Shown one piece after another: positions 29,959 to 37,803 of a stretch of 64,000 nt of DNA; within the stretch, counting starts at the first letter, position 1, and each line of letters starts with the position of its first letter. The DNA lies in contig JAHEJJ010000005.1 of the NCBI GenBank assembly GCA_024638915.1, positions 670-64,669 of the forward strand, in the 5' to 3' direction. The position numbers and the translations under genes are program-made. A model generated the notes under the pieces. The model saw nothing but the letters and a program-made list of their open reading frames with translations. It had not been told where the DNA came from and did no database searches. The DNA is from Robiginitalea sp. (GTDB lineage: Bacteria > Bacteroidota > Bacteroidia > Flavobacteriales > Flavobacteriaceae).

Positions 29959-31214
29959 ACGTACTCATCAAATCTGCCGTCGTTGTAGATCATACCGATA
30001 AGAAAATCGATCAGAAGAAAAGGGATATTCTCATCAAAGGCGGTGTGATACAGAAAATTGCGGCAAGAATTGAAAATATAAAAGGTATCAAAATTGTAGA
30101 ACGACCTAATTTACATGTGTCGAGGGGTTGGTTCGACAGCAGTGTGAGTTTTGGTGAACCCGGGTTTGAGGAAAGGGAGACCATATCCAATGGACTGACG
30201 GTGGCAGCAATGAGCGGTTTTACCGATATCGTTCTGAATCCCAATACCTATCCGGTTCCCGATAGCAGCGGTGATATCGCTTTTCTCACTAATCGCAACG
30301 GGGAGGGCCCTAGCAGATTGTACCCTCTTGGTTCTCTGACGTTTAAGAGTGAAGGTAAAGAGCTGGCCGAGCTCTACGATATGAAAAATACGGGTGCCGT
30401 AGGTTTCTATGATTACAAAAAGCCCCTGGAAAATGCCAACCTGCTAAAACTGGCTTTGCAATATAGTCAGGTTTTTAATGGTCTTATCTTATCATTCCCA
30501 ATGGATTCCCAAATTGCAGGTACTGGGATGGTCAACGAGGGAAAAATTTCCACAGCACTGGGATTGAAAGGAATTCCTGCTCTGTCCGAGGAATTGCAGA
30601 TCGCACGAGATCTTTTTATACTCGAATATACCGAAGGGTCGCTGCATATCCCAACTATATCAACTACAAGGTCTGTGCAACTCATCGCGGAGGCAAAGAA
30701 AAAAGGATTGGATGTCAGTTGTAGTGTTGCAGTGCATAACTTATGGCTGACGGACGAAGTTTTGGAGGGTTTTGACAGCAATACCAAAGTCCTGCCGCCC
30801 TTAAGAAGTTACAAAGACCTGAAATCCCTGAGGCGGGCCTTAAAAGACGGAATAATCGATTTTGTTACATCGGATCATACACCATTGGACATCGAGTTAA
30901 AGCGGCTCGAATTCGACAATGCTGCCTATGGAAGCATCGGATTGGAGACCTCTTTCGGGATTTTAAATCAAATTTACGACACACCTACCACCATTGAAAT
31001 CCTTTCAAGGGGGCGGCATCGGTTTCAGGTTCCGCAATCTGCTATATCTGAGGGGCAAGAGGCAAATCTTACCTTATTCGACCCAACAGAGAGCTACATC
31101 CTTACTAAAGACGAGGTGCGTTCCACTTCAAAGAATAGCATTTTCCTTGGAACAAACCTTAAAGGAAAAATCTATGGGGTATGTGCGCACGGACATCTAA
31201 AACTAACAGAATAA
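29955..31214 (+). CDS. Dihydroorotase-like amidohydrolase (possibly non-catalytic)
   Basis: 419 aa with overall DHOase/amidohydrolase collinearity (SDHTP motif present). The first metal-binding motif reads NLHVS instead of DxHxH. ATGA overlap with the BatA-domain gene. Confidence 0.65.
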   Translation: MNVLIKSAVVVDHTDKKIDQKKRDILIKGGVIQKIAARIENIKGIKIVERPNLHVSRGWFDSSVSFGEPGFEERETISNGLTVAAMSGFTDIVLNPNTYPVPDSSGDIAFLTNRNGEGPSRLYPLGSLTFKSEGKELAELYDMKNTGAVGFYDYKKPLENANLLKLALQYSQVFNGLILSFPMDSQIAGTGMVNEGKISTALGLKGIPALSEELQIARDLFILEYTEGSLHIPTISTTRSVQLIAEAKKKGLDVSCSVAVHNLWLTDEVLEGFDSNTKVLPPLRSYKDLKSLRRALKDGIIDFVTSDHTPLDIELKRLEFDNAAYGSIGLETSFGILNQIYDTPTTIEILSRGRHRFQVPQSAISEGQEANLTLFDPTESYILTKDEVRSTSKNSIFLGTNLKGKIYGVCAHGHLKLTE

Positions 31215-31221
31215 ACAAAAC

Positions 31222-31545
31222 ATGTCTGAACGCACAGAAGGTAAAACAACTGCTATTATCGCCTACCTCACCATGCTAGGGGCTTTAATCGCAATAACCA
31301 TGAACCTGGAGCCTAAGCATGAGTTCGCCCGATTTCACACCCGCCAGGCCTTCGGTCTGCATCTGGTGTTTTTGGGGTTTGCCATATTCCTGAGTGTCTC
31401 CTTTAATAAATATGCCTGGTATGGATTATATGTTTTTTATATCGTTTTATGGTTCTACGGTTTTATAAGCGCCCTGAACAACACAAAAAAACCAGTACCC
31501 TTGCTGGGCAATTATTTTCAAAAATGGTTTACTTTTATCCAGTAA
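31222..31545 (+). CDS. Small membrane protein (DUF4870-like)
   Basis: 107 aa with three hydrophobic helices. The TTAIIAYLTMLGALIAI...RFHTRQAFGLHL pattern fits the family. Confidence 0.5.
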   Translation: MSERTEGKTTAIIAYLTMLGALIAITMNLEPKHEFARFHTRQAFGLHLVFLGFAIFLSVSFNKYAWYGLYVFYIVLWFYGFISALNNTKKPVPLLGNYFQKWFTFIQ

Positions 31546-31655
31546 GTATACAAATGGGATACAACCTATCCTGATTTCTTTTATCCTGGGGCTGGATTAT
31601 ATTGGAGTATCATCTTACAAATACTGAACCTGCTTAACGAATTAGGACCAACCAG

Positions 31656-32315
31656 ATGAATACCAAGGACTTATCGCTATATCACCTGATACGGCCGCCT
31701 GCCATTGATCTCCAGAACCCACCCGTTCTATTTCTGTTTCATGGTTATGGAAGCGACGAGGCAGATCTTTTTTCCTTTGCTTCCGAATTACCCGGAGAGT
31801 ACTTTATTATTTCAGTACGGGCACCTTTTGCCCTGCAACCTTTTGGATATTGCTGGTACGCGATAAACTTTGGCGCCAGTTTTGGTAAATGGAGCGATAT
31901 AGAACAGGCCAGCAAATCGAGAGATATGATCCTGGCTTTTATCGATGAAGCTGTTGATGCTTATAAACTTGACTCATCACGAGTAAATCTGCTCGGATTC
32001 AGTCAGGGTACCGTCTTGAGCTATGCAGTCGCACTGTCCTATCCGGAGAAGATAAGCAACGTGGTGGCGCTCAGTGGTTATATCGATGAAAATTTACTAA
32101 TGCCAGATTATACAAAAAAAGACCATGGTCATCTGCACATATATTCTTCACACGGGCAGGTAGACCAGGTGATACCTCCTTCCTGGGCACAACAGATACC
32201 TGGTTTTCTGGAGAATTTAGGGGTAGATTTCGTCTATGAAGAATTTCCTTCAGGTCACGGTGTATCCCCTCAGAACTTTTATTCATTCAAAAAATGGATG
32301 GAGGAACATTCTTAA
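31656..32315 (+). CDS. Alpha/beta hydrolase (phospholipase/carboxylesterase family)
   Basis: 219 aa. Nucleophile elbow GFSQG, plus downstream Asp and His (SGHG) consistent with the family. Confidence 0.75.
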   Translation: MNTKDLSLYHLIRPPAIDLQNPPVLFLFHGYGSDEADLFSFASELPGEYFIISVRAPFALQPFGYCWYAINFGASFGKWSDIEQASKSRDMILAFIDEAVDAYKLDSSRVNLLGFSQGTVLSYAVALSYPEKISNVVALSGYIDENLLMPDYTKKDHGHLHIYSSHGQVDQVIPPSWAQQIPGFLENLGVDFVYEEFPSGHGVSPQNFYSFKKWMEEHS

Positions 32316-32806
32316 TGACTTCTGGTATACAGAAGGTGGTCCATCAGTGTAAAATCGACACCTAAATTATCTTTTAGTTCATAACGGATCAGAAGCTCAC
32401 CCCAATATTTACCGTCAGAAAAATCTGCGATTAGCCATTGGTGGTTGAGTAATTTTATTTTATTGATCTTGAAAGAATTCTCCATACCCTCATAAGGAAT
32501 CAGAGGATTATCTCCTTTTTTCTCATTGGTTTCCAAAAGCTTATCGCTTATGTAACGGGATGGATCTTCCAACTCAAGGTGATCGTAATACGCCAGGGCA
32601 TCATCGTTATTCTCAAGTGAAAAATACTGCATATCCAAATTCTGAAGTCTGACCTCCTGTACGGTATCCTGAAGATGGTCAATTCTTGCTTCGAGGCTCT
32701 TTACCTTACCCTGGTAGCTTTTTTCACGATTATTGCCGCTTACGGCCAGGTAAAGGGCGATAAGCGCTGAGAAAATAAAAAGATACAGGTAAATATTACG
32801 CTTCAT
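32312..32806 (-). CDS. Hypothetical protein with N-terminal membrane anchor/signal
   Basis: 164 aa. N-terminal hydrophobic helix followed by a coiled-coil-like segment. Its stop shares the palindrome TTAA with the convergent esterase gene. Confidence 0.5.
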   Translation of the reverse strand: MKRNIYLYLFIFSALIALYLAVSGNNREKSYQGKVKSLEARIDHLQDTVQEVRLQNLDMQYFSLENNDDALAYYDHLELEDPSRYISDKLLETNEKKGDNPLIPYEGMENSFKINKIKLLNHQWLIADFSDGKYWGELLIRYELKDNLGVDFTLMDHLLYTRSH

Positions 32807-32903
32807 AGGATCACAATTGATTTATAAACCGACATCGATCAACGGATTTTACAAGGTTTAGAAACTCTGGAAATTGCCTTGGTCCTCCATATATACGGAT
32901 CTG

Positions 32904-33671
32904 TCAGGCTACAGAGACAACCAGGTTATCGTAAGCCAAATGTACGTTTTTCGGGAGACTCTTTTCCACCTCTTCATGAAATCCCAGATAATGGCTTATA
33001 TGAGTAAAATAGGTTCTTTGAGGCTTTACTTTTTCAACGAACTCCAGGGCTTCTTCCAGATTGAAGTGAGAATGATGTGGATCTATTCTCAACGCATTGA
33101 TTGATAATATTTTGACTCCTCTTATCTTATCTATTTCTTCATCTTTTATTGTCTTTACATCTGTCAGGTAAGCAAAATTTTCAATGCGGTAACCAAACAC
33201 CTGTAGCCGATTGTGATATGCCTCTACCGGAATCACCTTTTTATCTCCTATCATGAAGAACGTACCCTTCAACACTTCATTGGTTTGCACCGCCGGTGCG
33301 CCGGGATAACGATTACTGTCCGCGAAAATATAGTCGAACCTTTTATTAAGATTATCAATCACCCGTTTATGGGCATATATGGGGATATCTCCCTGTCTGA
33401 AAAAATAAGGCCTTATATCATCTATTCCAGCGGTATGATCGGAATGTTCATGGGTAAACAGAACGCCGTCTAAGCGATTTACGGCATGGGTGAGCATTTG
33501 TTGTCTGAAATCAGGTCCGCAATCGATCACATAATTATAATCTTTCCAGGAAATCAGTACTGAAACCCGAAGTCTTCGATCGCGAGGGTCTTTACTCTGA
33601 CACACCGGATGGTTGCTCCCAATCACGGGGATTCCCTGAGATGTCCCGGTACCCAAAAAAGTAATTTTCAA
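32904..33671 (-). CDS. MBL-fold metallo-hydrolase (PhnP/beta-lactamase-like)
   Basis: 255 aa. Contains the HEHSDH (HxHxDH) motif. Confidence 0.8.
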   Translation of the reverse strand: MKITFLGTGTSQGIPVIGSNHPVCQSKDPRDRRLRVSVLISWKDYNYVIDCGPDFRQQMLTHAVNRLDGVLFTHEHSDHTAGIDDIRPYFFRQGDIPIYAHKRVIDNLNKRFDYIFADSNRYPGAPAVQTNEVLKGTFFMIGDKKVIPVEAYHNRLQVFGYRIENFAYLTDVKTIKDEEIDKIRGVKILSINALRIDPHHSHFNLEEALEFVEKVKPQRTYFTHISHYLGFHEEVEKSLPKNVHLAYDNLVVSVA

Positions 33672-33731
33672 CCCCTCATCTATTTAAATCAAATTTATAA
33701 CTTATTTATTTAATAGATTTCTTAATAATCT

Positions 33732-33739
33732 TAACTTTG
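33732..33739 (+). promoter_or_regulatory. Candidate -7 promoter element (TAACTTTG)
   Basis: Perfect TAnnTTTG match. It overlaps the GTG used by the track ORF, which argues for the ATG at 33760 as the real start. Confidence 0.4.
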
Positions 33740-33759
33740 TGAATTCAAGCAGCTTATTA

Positions 33760-35220
33760 ATGGCCTCTGTACTTAACAAGGAATCTGCATTTGAGAATAT
33801 CCCTTCCCTGAAGGCTAAAGCTCTTAGAATTAATCTGAACCCGGATATTTATGGAACTTTTGCTGAGATCGGCGCTGGCCAGGAAACAGCACGACACTTT
33901 TTTCGTTCGGGTGGTGCTTCGGGGACTATAGCCAAAGCGATGAGTGCTTATGACAAGTCTTTCAGCGACGCGGTTTACGGTCCGGAATTAGACGGTCGTT
34001 ATGTTACCCAAAACAGATTGAAGACAATGCTGGATCACGAAATGAACCTGATGGTGCAGCGAATAGACAGGAAGGAACACCCAGACCGGCTCTTTTTCAC
34101 CTATGCCAATACCGTTGCCACTATCGATTTTTCAAAACGCTATAAAGGTCATGGATGGGTGGGAATCCGATTCCAATTAGATCCCAAACAGGAAGAGTTC
34201 GACGAGATCGTTCTCCATGTACGCTTTAAGCAAAATGAAGCAAGGCTTCAGCAGGAAACACTAGGCATAGTAGGAGTCAACCTCATTTATGGTGCTTTCT
34301 ACAAATACAATAAACCAAGAAAGCTACTCAAATATCTCTACGACCACATCGACCGGGATACGATCGAGGTCGATATGGTCAATTTCTCCGGTCCCAACTT
34401 TAAGGACGTGGATAATCGGTTGATGAGCCTTCAACTTATCAGGAACGACATGACCGATGCCGTGATGTTTGGTCCGGATGGTAACAATCTGCTTCCTGCA
34501 GCCGCACTCTATAAAAAGAATATTCTGGCACTGCGAGGGAGTTTCAGACCTGTTACCAAGGTAAATATGGATATGTTTCAGAAATCCTATGAAATTTTTA
34601 TCAGGGACCCTAATGTAGTAGAAGATAACACCATGGTGATTTTTGAGATCACTTTGGCAAATCTCAGAGCATCGGGTGAGATTGACGAAAGGGATTTTAT
34701 GGACCGGGCCGAACTGCTTTGTAGCCTTGGGCATACGGTTATGATATCCAAATTCCAGGAATACTATAAGTTGGTGGAATATTTTAATAATTATACCAAG
34801 GCAAAGATCGCTTTAACTATGGGGGTCAATAATCTGGTAGATATTTTTGATGAAAAATATTACCGACATCTCAGTGGAGGTATCCTTGAAGCTTTTGGCA
34901 AATTGTTCTTTAAAGACCTTATCGTATATCTCTACCCTATGAAGAATAACGAGACCGGCCAGGTGATGACCAGCAATAATATTAAGGTTCATCCCAGAAT
35001 GAAAGAACTCTATAAGTTCTTTAAATACAATGGCAAAGTGATGGATATCATCGATTACGATCCGGAGATCATGCATATTTTCTCGAGAGATGTCTTGAAA
35101 AAGATCCAAAATGGTGAAAATGGATGGGAGGAAATGCTACCGGAAGGAATTGCCGAAATCATCAAAGAAGAAAATCTATTCGCCAGTCAGGAAGAAAAAG
35201 TGGAAAAGCAACGGGTATGA
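33760..35220 (+). CDS. Large conserved cytoplasmic protein of unknown function
   Basis: About 486 aa with no signal peptide or TM helix. FAEIGAGQETARHFF segment near the N-terminus. I cannot assign a family from sequence alone. Confidence 0.6.
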   Translation: MASVLNKESAFENIPSLKAKALRINLNPDIYGTFAEIGAGQETARHFFRSGGASGTIAKAMSAYDKSFSDAVYGPELDGRYVTQNRLKTMLDHEMNLMVQRIDRKEHPDRLFFTYANTVATIDFSKRYKGHGWVGIRFQLDPKQEEFDEIVLHVRFKQNEARLQQETLGIVGVNLIYGAFYKYNKPRKLLKYLYDHIDRDTIEVDMVNFSGPNFKDVDNRLMSLQLIRNDMTDAVMFGPDGNNLLPAAALYKKNILALRGSFRPVTKVNMDMFQKSYEIFIRDPNVVEDNTMVIFEITLANLRASGEIDERDFMDRAELLCSLGHTVMISKFQEYYKLVEYFNNYTKAKIALTMGVNNLVDIFDEKYYRHLSGGILEAFGKLFFKDLIVYLYPMKNNETGQVMTSNNIKVHPRMKELYKFFKYNGKVMDIIDYDPEIMHIFSRDVLKKIQNGENGWEEMLPEGIAEIIKEENLFASQEEKVEKQRV

Positions 35221-35242
35221 TCCTGAATGGCTAACTTATGTT

Positions 35243-35276
35243 AAAGGCCCATTTCTTTGTGAATGGGCCTTTTTTA
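35243..35276 (+). terminator. Rho-independent terminator
   Basis: Stem aaaggcccatt / aatgggccttt (11 bp), 8-nt loop, followed by TTTTT. Confidence 0.8.
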
Positions 35277-35282
35277 TTTCTA

Positions 35283-35738
35283 TCAGAGGATCTGGGCAGC
35301 GTGATCCTTGGTTTTTACCTTGTCTATTACTTTTGTAATTATCCCCTGCTGATCCATAATAAAGGTTTTCCTGTGGATGCCATCGTATTCCCTGCCCATG
35401 AATTTTTTTGGCCCCCAGACCCCGAAGCCATCGATCAACTGATGGTCCTCATCTGCAATAAGGGCAAAAGGAAATTCGTATTTGTTTTTGAAATTCGATT
35501 GTTTTTTTTCAGAATCAGCACTGACCCCCAGCAGTTCATATCCCGCTTGCTGTAAATCTTTATAGTGATCTCTCAGATTACATGCTTCCGCTGTACAACC
35601 CGGTGTACTGGCTTTTGGATAGAAAAATACCACAAGTTTTTTACCTTCAAAATCGGAGAGTTTTACCGTATTCCCATCCTGGTCCTTTGCGGTGAAATTC
35701 GGTGCCTTGTCCCCTGCCTTCAATGTTTTCATAGTCAA
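35283..35738 (-). CDS. bcp: Thioredoxin-dependent thiol peroxidase (peroxiredoxin Bcp)
   Basis: 151 aa. Peroxidatic Cys motif PKASTPGCTAEA; AhpC/TSA fold. Confidence 0.88.
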   Translation of the reverse strand: MTMKTLKAGDKAPNFTAKDQDGNTVKLSDFEGKKLVVFFYPKASTPGCTAEACNLRDHYKDLQQAGYELLGVSADSEKKQSNFKNKYEFPFALIADEDHQLIDGFGVWGPKKFMGREYDGIHRKTFIMDQQGIITKVIDKVKTKDHAAQIL

Positions 35739-35768
35739 TTTTTAATTAAATTCGCGTTTGATTTTGTT

Positions 35769-35776
35769 CAAAAATA
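35769..35776 (-). promoter_or_regulatory. Candidate -7 promoter element (TATTTTTG) for bcp
   Basis: The reverse complement of caaaaata is TATTTTTG. It lies 30 nt upstream of the bcp ATG. Confidence 0.4.
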
Positions 35777-35781
35777 ACAAA

Positions 35782-36441
35782 ATGACCAAAGCAGAAAAAG
35801 TAAAATTCATTATTGATACTCTGGAAGAGCTTTACCCAAAAGTTCCCATTCCCCTTGAGCATAAAGACCCGTTCACACTTCTGATCGCCGTTCTTTTGTC
35901 GGCTCAGAGTACAGATGTAAAAGTGAACCAGATCACCCCATTGCTTTTTCAAAGGGCACGCACACCATTCGAAATGGTAAAACTCAGTATAGAGGAAATC
36001 AGGGAAATCATAAAACCAGTCGGTTTATCGCCTTCAAAAGCCAAGGCGATTCATGGGTTATCGGAAATTCTGATCAAAAAGTACGACGGTGAGGTGCCCC
36101 GGGAGTTAGACTTGCTAGAGGAATTACCCGGAGTCGGTCATAAAACAGCGAGCGTAGTTGTTTCCCAGGCCTTTGGAATTAATGCATTTCCGGTCGACAC
36201 CCATATTCACAGACTTATGTATCGCTGGGGACTGAGCAATGGTAAAAATGTGGTTCAGACCGAAAGGGACGCCAAGAGATTATTTCCCGAAGAAAGCTGG
36301 AATAAACTACATCTGCAGATTATCTGGTATGGCAGACAATACTGCCCGGCCAGAGGCTGGGATCTAGAACGGGATATCATCACAAAAAAGGTGGGCAGGA
36401 AAACGGTTATTAGGAAATATTACAAAAAAAAGACCCGCTAA
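35782..36441 (+). CDS. Endonuclease III-family HhH-GPD DNA glycosylase lacking the Fe-S cluster cysteines
   Basis: HhH motif LPGVGHKTASVV with the catalytic Lys, and VDTHIHR with the catalytic Asp. The C-terminus has a single Cys and a Lys/Arg-rich tail where CX6CX2CX5C would normally be. The ATG at 35782 (MTKAEK) is preferred. Confidence 0.75.
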   Translation: MTKAEKVKFIIDTLEELYPKVPIPLEHKDPFTLLIAVLLSAQSTDVKVNQITPLLFQRARTPFEMVKLSIEEIREIIKPVGLSPSKAKAIHGLSEILIKKYDGEVPRELDLLEELPGVGHKTASVVVSQAFGINAFPVDTHIHRLMYRWGLSNGKNVVQTERDAKRLFPEESWNKLHLQIIWYGRQYCPARGWDLERDIITKKVGRKTVIRKYYKKKTR

Positions 36442-36451
36442 ATGCGGGTCT
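36431..36451. terminator. Bidirectional rho-independent terminator (nth-like gene and sigma module 1)
   Basis: Stem agacccgc / gcgggtct with loop taaat, which contains the nth-like stop codon. An A run lies upstream and a T-rich stretch downstream. Confidence 0.7.
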
Positions 36452-36460
36452 GTGATTTTC

Positions 36461-36604
36461 TTAGTTCAAATTTGTTTCAAATTTGAGATCCCCATAATTT
36501 GTGCAGTGAAAAGATCGGGAAAAATCCATCAGAAACCTTATCGTTTCAGGGCTAACCTTAAATGATCTTCCAACACTTTTTTCTTGAGAGTAAATTTTTT
36601 CCAT
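36461..36604 (-). CDS. Unannotated 47-aa ORF downstream of sigma factor 1 (paralogue of 37589-37732)
   Basis: Hand translation gives MEKIYSQEKSVGRSFKVSPETIRFLMDFSRSFHCTNYGDLKFETNLN. It has the same length, the same MEKIY start, the same NLN-stop end and the same 68-nt spacing from the sigma stop as the second copy. It is below the 60-aa cutoff of the ORF track. Confidence 0.6.
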   Translation of the reverse strand: MEKIYSQEKSVGRSFKVSPETIRFLMDFSRSFHCTNYGDLKFETNLN

Positions 36605-36672
36605 ATGATTATAGTATCGTTATGTTAAAATAACGCCACTATTATGGAAATATTGCTTGGTTTTAGAACGAA

Positions 36673-37257
36673 TTAAGAATTCGTCAGCACAATTTTATGT
36701 TTGTTGATAATCTTCCTAAGGTTGATCAGGGCATAGCGCATTCTTCCAAGGGCCGTATTAATGCTTACACCGGTATTTTCAGAGATTTCTTTAAAGCTCA
36801 TATCACGGTATATCCTCATCAGGAGCACCTCTTTCTGATCGTCGGGCAATTCGTCGATCAACAGGCTAAGATCGCTATCTATCTGTTCTTTGATCAATTG
36901 CTTTTCCGCATTGAGTTTATCGTCGCCGATGACTGAGAATATATTAAAATCGTCATTTCCTTCGAATTTAGGCATACGCTTGTTTCTGCGAAAATGATCT
37001 ATTATGAGGTTATGAGCAATACGCATTACCCAAGGCAAGAATTTACCTTCTTCGCTGTAGCGTCCTTTTTTTAAGGTTTTGATAACCTTTATAAATGTAT
37101 CTTGAAAAATATCCTCAGTGATATCACGATCCAGGACTTTGGAATAAATAAAACTGGTGATCCGCTGATTGTGTTTTTTGACAAGAATTTCAAGGGCGGC
37201 TTCGTCCCCGCTGATGTAGTCCCTTACAAGTATTGAATCATCTAATTGCGTTTCCAT
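36673..37257 (-). CDS. RNA polymerase sigma-70 family (ECF-type) sigma factor, copy 1
   Basis: 194 aa. Region 2 (ITEDIFQDTFIKVIKTL, WVMRIAHNLIIDHFRR) and region 4 HTH (MSFKEISENTGVSINTALGRMRYALINLR). Confidence 0.88.
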   Translation of the reverse strand: METQLDDSILVRDYISGDEAALEILVKKHNQRITSFIYSKVLDRDITEDIFQDTFIKVIKTLKKGRYSEEGKFLPWVMRIAHNLIIDHFRRNKRMPKFEGNDDFNIFSVIGDDKLNAEKQLIKEQIDSDLSLLIDELPDDQKEVLLMRIYRDMSFKEISENTGVSINTALGRMRYALINLRKIINKHKIVLTNS

Positions 37258-37518
37258 ATATAAAGTATTTTTTGGTTAATCGCTGCTCTTGTCTGAAAAG
37301 ATCAGCGTCATTAGAATTGGTTATTTCTCTTATTATTCTGAGTCATGGAATAAAAGTAGAGAAATAGCCTCCTGCCAAAAAAACTATGTTGTGTAACCCA
37401 CGATTTATGATGTCAAACACCGTTTTTAGGATTTCTGATACAATAAATCGGTTTATTTGGAGTTGAGCGGCCACTCAGCGCCAGGTTGAAGATCTTGCAA
37501 GATTATTCTGTCTGTAAC

Positions 37519-37552
37519 CAAAAATCCCTCCGATTCGCTAATCAGAGGGATC
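37519..37552 (-). terminator. Rho-independent terminator of sigma module 2
   Basis: On the minus strand: gatccctc-t-gatt-agcg-aatc-g-gagggat, followed by TTTTT. It lies 37 nt after the stop of the 47-aa ORF. Confidence 0.65.
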
Positions 37553-37588
37553 TGTTGATGTATATAAGAACTATATTATCTTGCGGTT

Positions 37589-37732
37589 TTAATTAAGATT
37601 ATTCTCGAAAGTGAACTTTTTATGTTTTACTATATTCAAAGACTGCGAGTATTTTAATAAAAACGATACCTTCTCAGGGCTGGTTTTAATAAGTTTACAG
37701 CGATCTTTATATTCCGGGTAGATTTTCTCCAT
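37589..37732 (-). CDS. Unannotated 47-aa ORF downstream of sigma factor 2 (paralogue of 36461-36604)
   Basis: Hand translation gives (M)MEKIYPEYKDRCKLIKTSPEKVSFLLKYSQSLNIVKHKKFTFENNLN. An extra in-frame ATG lies at 37735. About 19 of 47 positions are identical to copy 1 by eye. Confidence 0.6.
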   Translation of the reverse strand: MEKIYPEYKDRCKLIKTSPEKVSFLLKYSQSLNIVKHKKFTFENNLN

Positions 37733-37803
37733 CATGCTTTGTTGTTACCATAAATTAACGGAAGCAACAGCACAACCATTCGGATTAATCGACCTAAAAC
37801 CTA

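Noticed and set aside
32312-32315. Convergent genes sharing the palindrome TTAA as both stop codons
   Set aside because: This is a real but trivial consequence of tight packing, with no functional implication that I can support.
34324-34734. 136-aa minus-strand ORF inside the 33760-35220 gene
   Set aside because: It is antisense to a longer ORF that has its own promoter and terminator, and it has no signals of its own.
35238-35555. 105-aa plus-strand ORF overlapping bcp
   Set aside because: It is antisense to bcp, whose peroxidatic Cys motif is clear, and it starts within the upstream terminator.
37386-37466. 26-codon plus-strand mini-ORF (MLCNPRFMMSNTVFRISDTINRFIWS) in the sigma inter-unit spacer
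   Set aside because: The second spacer has no counterpart; the matching ATGTTGTG there is followed immediately by a stop. The shared ATGTTGTG is more likely part of a minus-strand regulatory block.
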